DNA of 32,000 bases from an uncultured bacterium (GTDB lineage: Bacteria > Margulisbacteria > WOR-1 > CAVSGV01): contig OY969425.1 of assembly GCA_963699255.1 (NCBI GenBank), positions 180,001 to 212,000 of the forward strand, written 5' to 3'. Within the stretch, counting starts at the first letter, position 1. Each line of letters begins with the position of its first letter. The position numbers and the translations under genes were made by a program. Shown here in pieces: positions 1-5,853 of this stretch. The notes under the pieces were generated by a model. That model ran no database searches and had not been told where the DNA came from. It saw only the letters and a list, made by a program, of their open reading frames with translations.

Positions 1-1
1 G

Positions 2-166
2 GATATAAACAATATACAGAAAGAGATCCTGGCGAAGAAAGCCGGCGGGGACAATAAGAATACGGCCAGCATCAATATCCAGACGCCGAAGATCACTTCA
101 GAGACGCCAATGTTCAGCACAGGCGCTCCAACAGCCCCCAAAAAACAATACGCCTATACAGCATAG
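2..166 (+). CDS. 3' end of a CDS entering from outside the window (partial)
   Basis: Frame 2 is open from base 2 to TAG at 164-166: DINNIQKEILAKKAGGDNKNTASINIQTPKITSETPMFSTGAPTAPKKQYAYTA*. It is absent from the ORF track, probably because it has no start in the window. Confidence 0.45.
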   Translation, partial: DINNIQKEILAKKAGGDNKNTASINIQTPKITSETPMFSTGAPTAPKKQYAYTA

Positions 167-321
167 GCCTGCAACCGCGAACATCAGCATTGTCTATCTC
201 TTTAGGACCTGCAACAGAATCACGGCAATCGTCGGTATCTAGTGTCGGCTCCACATGACAGATTGCCGATGAACCATACATATAATATGATCTCTTTTTG
301 TGTTAAAATCCTGGATCAGCA

Positions 322-1020
322 ATGGGCAGAGTATTGACATATATTTATTCGGTGATCTTTTGGGCATATCTTCTGCTCTTCTTCACACTGGTGCCGCTCT
401 TCGCCCTGCCGTTCTCCTTGATATTCGGGCTGAAGCGGTCTTTCAGGACTTTTTTCAAGATATTCGTCAAATTCGGGCTGTTCATTTTAGGCTGTTTTCC
501 GTCCGTTGAGGGGCTTGAGAACATGCCCCGGGGCAAAAATGTCATCCTTGTATCAAATCACCCCAGCTTCATGGACCCGTTCCTTCTTAACGCGGCCCTG
601 CCCGGGTTCTACAATTTCATAGTTTCAGCCAGATTGCTTGATAATCCTTATTCAATGGTGGCAATAAGGGGCGCAGGCCTTGTGGTGAAGCGCTACGGAC
701 ATTCCCTGTATGGTTCAAGCGCGATGATCAGGACCGTGAAAGCCATAAATGCCGGCGACTCGTTCATTCTGTTCCCGTCCGAGCGCGCCATTCTAGGAGG
801 CCGCATCGATAAGATAAACCCCGGCTTTTATAAGGTGATTGAGGATGCGAGTGCAGTCATCCTGCCTGTGTTCATCAAGCAGGAAATAAGGTTCACATTT
901 ATACGGAAGCCGTTCAAGGCAAAAGTGGTCATCGGAAAGCCGCTGGATAAACATAATGTACTATATGTAAGAGACAACGCCATTAAACAGGCAGTAGAAT
1001 TTCTAGGGCAACAAGTGTAA
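322..1020 (+). CDS. plsC: 1-acyl-sn-glycerol-3-phosphate acyltransferase (PlsC/LPLAT family)
   Basis: 232 aa with N-terminal hydrophobic segment, VSNHPSFMDPF (NHxxxxD-type motif) and FPSERAI. Confidence 0.85.
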   Translation: MGRVLTYIYSVIFWAYLLLFFTLVPLFALPFSLIFGLKRSFRTFFKIFVKFGLFILGCFPSVEGLENMPRGKNVILVSNHPSFMDPFLLNAALPGFYNFIVSARLLDNPYSMVAIRGAGLVVKRYGHSLYGSSAMIRTVKAINAGDSFILFPSERAILGGRIDKINPGFYKVIEDASAVILPVFIKQEIRFTFIRKPFKAKVVIGKPLDKHNVLYVRDNAIKQAVEFLGQQV

Positions 1021-1067
1021 CCCGCCTGTGTCTAAAACCCCTTCTGTCCCTCGTTAATGCTCGGGAC

Positions 1068-1092
1068 ATCTCCCCCTTAGTAAGGGGGAGAT
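1068..1092. repeat. Near-perfect palindrome ATCTCCCCCTTA-G-TAAGGGGGAGAT
   Basis: 12-bp arms around a single central base; same layout as the palindrome at 5240-5262. Confidence 0.8.
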
Positions 1093-1175
1093 ACAGAGGG
1101 GGTTATTAAGCCCTCTTATTCTTATTTATCCGCCTTATGCCGTTTGCTGAAAGCCTTATTCTACAAGCTAAATCC

Positions 1176-1210
1176 CATGCAAGTTTTACCCCTCTTCTTA
1201 CGAATAATAC
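1176..1210 (+). promoter_or_regulatory. Shared upstream element, sigma28-like promoter (copy 1)
   Basis: CATGCAAGTTTTACCCCTCTTCTTACGAATAATAC; GCAAGTTT-N12-TACGAATA compared with TAAAGTTT-N11-GCCGATAA. About 20 nt upstream of the ATG at 1228. Confidence 0.55.
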
Positions 1211-1227
1211 AGTGTAGGGGAGCTAAG

Positions 1228-1428
1228 ATGCCACAAAACGAAACTAATGGTGTACAACAGTCTCAAAATAAGCAACAGGAAAATCCTGCTGCGAAGAAAG
1301 TTATGGCAAATCAACCAAACAGAATGGCGAAGCCATCCGATGAGAGGTCGGATCAGCCGGACCTGAACATTACCGCACGGGTGGAACTTGAAGGCATGAA
1401 GCCGCCCATTGCCAACTGTATTGTCTGA
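1228..1428 (+). CDS. Small hypothetical protein, Asn/Gln-rich N-terminus (MPQNETNGVQQSQNKQQENPAAKK...)
   Basis: ORF 1144..1428, trimmed to the ATG at 1228, downstream of the shared promoter-like element. Confidence 0.6.
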   Translation: MPQNETNGVQQSQNKQQENPAAKKVMANQPNRMAKPSDERSDQPDLNITARVELEGMKPPIANCIV

Positions 1429-1442
1429 GGAGCACAAAAGCA

Positions 1443-1763
1443 ATGAACGCGATAACCGGCATAAATAAACAGATAAACCCCAACCAGGGTGTTGGGGTAA
1501 ATCCGACAACACAGCCCCAGAAGAGCGAGGGCAAAACGAATAATTCAGGCATAAATTTTAACAATGTATTTGAGATCGTGAGAAGGAGCCTTGACGGGGT
1601 TATGGTGGTGGCGGAGAACAACAGGACGGGCGGCGCTGATTTCAGGAAGGAAAAGCTGGAGATAGAGGAAAAGAGGAAGTTCAAGACCGACCTTGAAGAA
1701 GCCCAGGAGATACTGAACCAGATAGCAAAGGTCATGGAAAAGCACGGCAAAGCTGTAAAGTAA
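1443..1763 (+). CDS. Small hypothetical protein, putative exported substrate (disordered N-terminus, helical C-terminus)
   Basis: 106 aa; RBS-like gaggag upstream; NPNQGVGVNPTTQPQKSEGK N-terminus followed by a charged helical segment. Confidence 0.6.
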   Translation: MNAITGINKQINPNQGVGVNPTTQPQKSEGKTNNSGINFNNVFEIVRRSLDGVMVVAENNRTGGADFRKEKLEIEEKRKFKTDLEEAQEILNQIAKVMEKHGKAVK

Positions 1764-1768
1764 AATCG

Positions 1769-1803
1769 CATGCAAGTTTTGTGCCGGTCGTTACGATAGA
1801 TAT
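1769..1803 (+). promoter_or_regulatory. Shared upstream element, sigma28-like promoter (copy 2)
   Basis: CATGCAAGTTTTGTGCCGGTCGTTACGATAGATAT; same spacing as copy 1. About 40 nt upstream of the ATG at 1844. Confidence 0.55.
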
Positions 1804-1843
1804 AGTGGAAGACAAAATTATAAAAATAAGGAGGTGAAATAAT

Positions 1844-2191
1844 ATGAGTTACGGAGCAGAATACGCGACCAAGAAAACGGGGGAAAATATATTAGACAAT
1901 GCTCTTACAGTGGCAGGTGACGGAGTCGATGACATCGCGCACGTTTTGGCCGATGTTGAAGCGAACGGCGGTAAGATCAATAACGGCAACGGCCAGTCAG
2001 GGTTAACTGTTGCACATAACCATGGACTCGACACTTCGGTTCCAGAGATAGATATATCAACCGCAGCGGGAGCGATGGTTGTTGACGATTTAATGCAAAA
2101 GATCTCTACGGAAGTCCAGACTGCATCACAGATGCTATCTGCGGCGAACAATTTGACCAAGACGGCATCAAGGATATTGAGCCAGGGATAA
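1844..2191 (+). CDS. Hypothetical small protein, putative exported component
   Basis: 115 aa after the RBS aaggaggtgaa; helical, Ser/Thr/Gln-rich C-terminus (VDDLMQKISTEVQTASQMLSAANNLTKTASRILSQG). Confidence 0.7.
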   Translation: MSYGAEYATKKTGENILDNALTVAGDGVDDIAHVLADVEANGGKINNGNGQSGLTVAHNHGLDTSVPEIDISTAAGAMVVDDLMQKISTEVQTASQMLSAANNLTKTASRILSQG

Positions 2192-2217
2192 TCTTTCCTG
2201 GGGGATTTTGACTTGAC

Positions 2218-2253
2218 AGGCGGTAGCTAAGGCAACTTAGCTGCCGCCTTTTT
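2218..2253 (+). terminator. Rho-independent terminator
   Basis: AGGCGGTAGCTAAG-GCAA-CTTAGCTGCCGCCT then TTTT: 14-bp stem with one G-T wobble, GNRA loop, and U tract. Downstream of the 2191 stop. Confidence 0.9.
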
Positions 2254-2267
2254 CTTTATAAGGAATA

Positions 2268-2488
2268 CCGACAGCTTACCGCTAACGGCTTACAGCAAAT
2301 GAATTATAAGTGTCGAAAATAGCTTCAGTTGGCGAAAGATTAATGATCTGTTCATCTAGGAGTAATCAAATTTTGTTGATTAATCAGCAAAAATCACATG
2401 GAATTGATTTGGCAAAGAAATTGCTGTGTTAGCTTATGGCTTACAGCTAACGGCCAACAGCTCAATAGCCGTATGCCGTAAGCTGTTA
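2268..2488. repeat. Cluster of degenerate 'GCCGTATGCCGTtAGCTGTt' family repeats
   Basis: accgacagcttaccgctaacggcttacagc at about 2268-2299 and ttatggcttacagctaacggccaacagctcaatagccgtatgccgtaagctgtt at about 2434-2488. Confidence 0.6.
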
Positions 2489-2510
2489 ACTCATACAAGG
2501 AGGATTATCC

Positions 2511-2870
2511 ATGGCTTTTAGATTTCGTAACTTTGCAGTGTATGTAAATTCCAGAAAGTTTATTAATAAGGTTTATGGAATTACAAGACAATTCCCACAA
2601 AATGAGCAATTTGGATTAACGGCTCAGCTACGAAGATCGGCGTTATCAATAGCTTTGAACATAGCTGAGGGTTCTGATAGAGGGTCTGATAGAGACTTTA
2701 ATAGATTTATTCATATGGCTATGGGTTCGATGAATGAGGTTGTTGCAGCATTAGATATTGCGTATGACAACAATAATATTCATAAGCCTTTATATGACTC
2801 AATTATTGCAGATGCTGAAATTGTGATTAAACAACTCAGCAATCTGAGCAAAAAGCTGAAAAGCCGTTAG
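2511..2870 (+). CDS. Four-helix-bundle protein (23S rRNA intervening-sequence / S23 family)
   Basis: 119 aa; characteristic FRNFAVYVNSRKFINKVYGITRQFPQNEQFGLTAQLRRSALSIALNIAEGSDR...DFNRFIHMAMGSMNEV. Confidence 0.9.
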   Translation: MAFRFRNFAVYVNSRKFINKVYGITRQFPQNEQFGLTAQLRRSALSIALNIAEGSDRGSDRDFNRFIHMAMGSMNEVVAALDIAYDNNNIHKPLYDSIIADAEIVIKQLSNLSKKLKSR

Positions 2871-2913
2871 CCTTATGCCGTTAGCTGTTTGCCGTAGGCT
2901 GTTGGCTAAACTT

Positions 2914-2948
2914 CATGCAAGTTTTCTCCATCTTCTTACGAATATATA
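2914..2948 (+). promoter_or_regulatory. Shared upstream element, sigma28-like promoter (copy 3)
   Basis: CATGCAAGTTTTCTCCATCTTCTTACGAATATATA, upstream of the ATG at 2991. Confidence 0.55.
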
Positions 2949-2990
2949 GTGTAACCAGGATCATGAGGGATCAATAAAGGGGGAGTAAAA

Positions 2991-3299
2991 ATGGCATTCG
3001 AAGGAAATATAGCACCGGTTCAAGTTACGGAGGGATTGAATAATGTGCATTATGACGTTAAGAGGGCGCTGAGGGTCACTCAGGCCGATATAGACACGAT
3101 AATCTCTGATATGGCTGACGAAACTAAAACCACTATTACGATCGATGGAAGGACAATAAGTAAATCAGATACGGTAACCTTGCAACTCGCGGTCAGCGAC
3201 AAGATGAACAACCTTCAAAACCAGACAACCACAATACTTTCGGTATTTCAGCAAATGTACACAATGGAAAAATCACTTGGCAATTCATCTTCCGGATGA
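2991..3299 (+). CDS. Small helical protein; possible needle/filament-like or other exported substrate
   Basis: 102 aa, no signal peptide, mostly helical, no Cys, Gln/Asn/Thr-rich C-terminal half; RBS ggggag. Needle-like assignment is speculative. Confidence 0.65.
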   Translation: MAFEGNIAPVQVTEGLNNVHYDVKRALRVTQADIDTIISDMADETKTTITIDGRTISKSDTVTLQLAVSDKMNNLQNQTTTILSVFQQMYTMEKSLGNSSSG

Positions 3300-3321
3300 T
3301 AATGAAGGAGCGGGATAATTA

Positions 3322-4689
3322 ATGTCTTTCGATCTCTTCGGTGGGATTTCGGAATTATCGTTGCAACAGCCGATCCAGCCTGTACAACTGCAGGCTCCGG
3401 ATGCGACGAAAATATTCCTACATTCGGGCCAAGGGGAAGACCCTGCGCAGTACCAGTCTTTCATCAAGGCGGTAAGCGATCTTGCGCAGGCATTCAAGTT
3501 CCTTCCTCAAGACGATCAGCAGTATTATCAAACCGGGACGGGCAAAGCATATTCCAATCTGGATTTTTCTCCGGATGCTTCCGACTGGAACCTCCTGACA
3601 GGCGCTGACAATCAGGGCTGCGCTGACAATTATGACAGCTCCATTCTGGACGAGATCAACAGCTACTTTAACTGGAACGATATAAAATCTATCGGAAGCG
3701 GGCAGAGCTACTATCAGATAGCTGGAAGCGGGGCGATAAGCTCATATTCGGATGAACAGGCCTTTGACCTGATGTGCTCGATGACGGAGTCAAAAGACAG
3801 GGTTTTCGGCGTTTTAAAAGAGATATTCGGCGATCCGAGCAATTTGACCGATGACAACGCGGTGATACAAAAAATTACCGATTGGCTTGGCCAGTATACC
3901 CAGGTTGATCCTCATAACCTCGGTATATTGAAGGTGTTCTTCGGGATGCAGTCGGATTTTATAGATACGCTTGATGCTTACATGAACAGCCAGACATATT
4001 GGGGGAGCAATAATACTTTCAGCGACACATTAATGACCAAGGTTGGATCATACATTTCCACCCTTACAGGGGACAAACAAACTGCGGCGGAATCATTGGA
4101 GTCAGATTGGTTAGCGCCGCCTTCCCGATGGGATACAGTGGGGGGGGTATCGGTCGATGATCTTGCCGATACCGACGGTAGCTGGGTAAAATTCTTCCAG
4201 GATAAAATGACCGAATTTGCCACAAAAGAGATCATAAGATCTGTTGTGTGCAATCTGTCGAATCTGTCGTCAAATCAAAAATACACAAAAGATAAAGCGG
4301 ACTATGAGGAAAAAAAGGACGACCTGATACAGGATGAGATCTGGCTCCAGAGGATGCAGGCAAAGGCTCTCGCGGAATCCAAAAGATTCCTTCAGAAACT
4401 TCTTGGCAGAAAGAAAAGCCTTTCAGTGTCAGGCAGAGGAAGATCAAGTTCTGTTGGGGCAAGGGGCAGGTCGACCGGCGCGGGAGTAAAGGCTGTTGCC
4501 AGGCCGTCCAAGCCTGTTATAAGAGCGGCTGCGAGATCGGTCGTAGGACCTACAATAAGGTCATTAGTTGGCGCTAAAGCAAGGAGCGCGGCAGCGTCAA
4601 GCGCTCGAAGCAGCAGTGTTGCGTCGAGATCGCCGAACCAAGCCGTTCAGGCCAAGAAAAATCCAAGAGACGAGAAAAAGGTGATATAA
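3322..4689 (+). CDS. Hypothetical 455-aa protein with basic Ser/Ala/Arg-rich C-terminal tail; putative exported effector
   Basis: Complete ORF starting 22 nt after the previous stop; tail SGRGRSSSVGARGRSTGAGVKAVARPSKPVIRAAARSVVGPTIRSLVGAKARSAAASSARSSSVASRS. Confidence 0.75.
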   Translation: MSFDLFGGISELSLQQPIQPVQLQAPDATKIFLHSGQGEDPAQYQSFIKAVSDLAQAFKFLPQDDQQYYQTGTGKAYSNLDFSPDASDWNLLTGADNQGCADNYDSSILDEINSYFNWNDIKSIGSGQSYYQIAGSGAISSYSDEQAFDLMCSMTESKDRVFGVLKEIFGDPSNLTDDNAVIQKITDWLGQYTQVDPHNLGILKVFFGMQSDFIDTLDAYMNSQTYWGSNNTFSDTLMTKVGSYISTLTGDKQTAAESLESDWLAPPSRWDTVGGVSVDDLADTDGSWVKFFQDKMTEFATKEIIRSVVCNLSNLSSNQKYTKDKADYEEKKDDLIQDEIWLQRMQAKALAESKRFLQKLLGRKKSLSVSGRGRSSSVGARGRSTGAGVKAVARPSKPVIRAAARSVVGPTIRSLVGAKARSAAASSARSSSVASRSPNQAVQAKKNPRDEKKVI

Positions 4690-4690
4690 A

Positions 4691-5185
4691 ATGGGCGCTG
4701 AATTTTCAACCAACTTAGGATTAGCCAATAGCGCCACCAAGCAATACGCGATAGCCAAGCAGGCCCAGCCGAATAATAAGAAGGTGGGGGATGAATCTTC
4801 TCTTACAACGGAGAAAGGCGGCGTGTACGGTGAAAAGCTTGTGGACATGGCGAATCCGAGCATAGATGAGTATGTCACCGCTCTTGCCACGCAGGATGAG
4901 GCCTCCAAGGCCAGGAAAAAATACAAGCCTACGGTAGAATCGCTGCAAGAACGCCTGGAAGGGGCGCTCGAACAACGTTACGATAATGCCCACAACATGC
5001 TTGCCGAAGCGTTTTACGGGTTCCAGGTAAGCACCTGCAACTCCCTGCTTGGGCTGCTTGGCGCAGATCCGGCAGATCTGGAAGCCATCAGGAAGAAAGC
5101 GTACGAGCAGGCAAAAGGCAAAGTACAGGCAGGGTATGAAAGGCTGGCAACCGCTTACGCGGAATACGAGATTTACGCCTCATAA
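4691..5185 (+). CDS. Hypothetical 164-aa protein, putative exported substrate
   Basis: Starts 1 nt after the preceding stop, so translationally coupled; no signal peptide. Confidence 0.75.
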   Translation: MGAEFSTNLGLANSATKQYAIAKQAQPNNKKVGDESSLTTEKGGVYGEKLVDMANPSIDEYVTALATQDEASKARKKYKPTVESLQERLEGALEQRYDNAHNMLAEAFYGFQVSTCNSLLGLLGADPADLEAIRKKAYEQAKGKVQAGYERLATAYAEYEIYAS

Positions 5186-5239
5186 ACCTATCCCCGGTTT
5201 GATTACTGTCATTATCTACTAGTTTTAGTTGTGCGACTG

Positions 5240-5262
5240 CCCTCTCCTTACTAAGGAGAGGG
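5240..5262. repeat. Perfect palindrome CCCTCTCCTTA-C-TAAGGAGAGGG
   Basis: 11-bp arms around a single central base; sister of 1068-1092. Confidence 0.85.
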
Positions 5263-5293
5263 GTGAAGAGGTGAGGTGTGATATAATTGAGCT

Positions 5294-5689
5294 ATGGCCA
5301 GCAACAAGCGCAAAAAAGCTCAACAGAGGATCTTAAGCGAGGTCAAGAGCCAGCTGCATATAAAAGCCAAAAAGCTCGGAATTGAGTATAATTTTTCCGA
5401 TCTTAATTTTGAGACAATGAAACTGGATGCCGCTAGACGCATACTGGACGACCTTAACTCCGAAAAATCCAATCTTGAATATGAGCTGTACATGAAGGGC
5501 ATCCTGGACAAGGAAAGCACCATAAAACTTGAGAAGATACAGACCTATATAAGTAAGGCTCAAAGGGTCATCGGCAAATACGAAAAAACCATCGGTAAGA
5601 TCGCTGAAAAGGCCGCCCCTAACAAGGAAAAGACCAGGGAAGCGGTCAAGAAAATCACCATAACCCCGAAAATATCAGTACACAGATAA
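5294..5689 (+). CDS. Hypothetical basic coiled-coil-like 131-aa protein
   Basis: Complete ORF, high Lys/Glu/Leu, same direction as the cluster. Confidence 0.7.
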   Translation: MASNKRKKAQQRILSEVKSQLHIKAKKLGIEYNFSDLNFETMKLDAARRILDDLNSEKSNLEYELYMKGILDKESTIKLEKIQTYISKAQRVIGKYEKTIGKIAEKAAPNKEKTREAVKKITITPKISVHR

Positions 5690-5765
5690 GCAAACAGCAT
5701 ACGGCTAACAGCTAAAAAGCCGTATGCCTTAGCCCGCAGGGCGTGCCGTGAGTTGTTAGCTAATC
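5690..5765. repeat. Member of the 'GCCGTATGCCGTtAGCTGTt' repeat family, abutting promoter copy 4
   Basis: acagcatacggctaacagctaaaaagccgtatgccttagcccgcagggcgtgccgtgagttgttagctaat. Confidence 0.55.
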
Positions 5766-5801
5766 CATGCAAGTTTTTGGCTTCAAAACACGATAATATA
5801 T
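5766..5801 (+). promoter_or_regulatory. Shared upstream element, sigma28-like promoter (copy 4)
   Basis: CATGCAAGTTTTTGGCTTCAAAACACGATAATATAT, upstream of the ATG at 5854. Confidence 0.55.
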
Positions 5802-5853
5802 ACGGAACAGGGTATAAGAATATCAGGGTATCAACGTATCAGAGGAGAGAGAA

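Noticed and set aside
300-509. Small plus ORF overlapping the start of the acyltransferase gene
   Set aside because: Out-of-frame overlap with a well-supported gene, no recognisable product.
2511-2870. Possible Avd accessory gene of a diversity-generating retroelement
   Set aside because: No reverse transcriptase ORF and no TR/VR pair seen in the window; the simpler call is a stand-alone S23/IVS-type four-helix-bundle protein.
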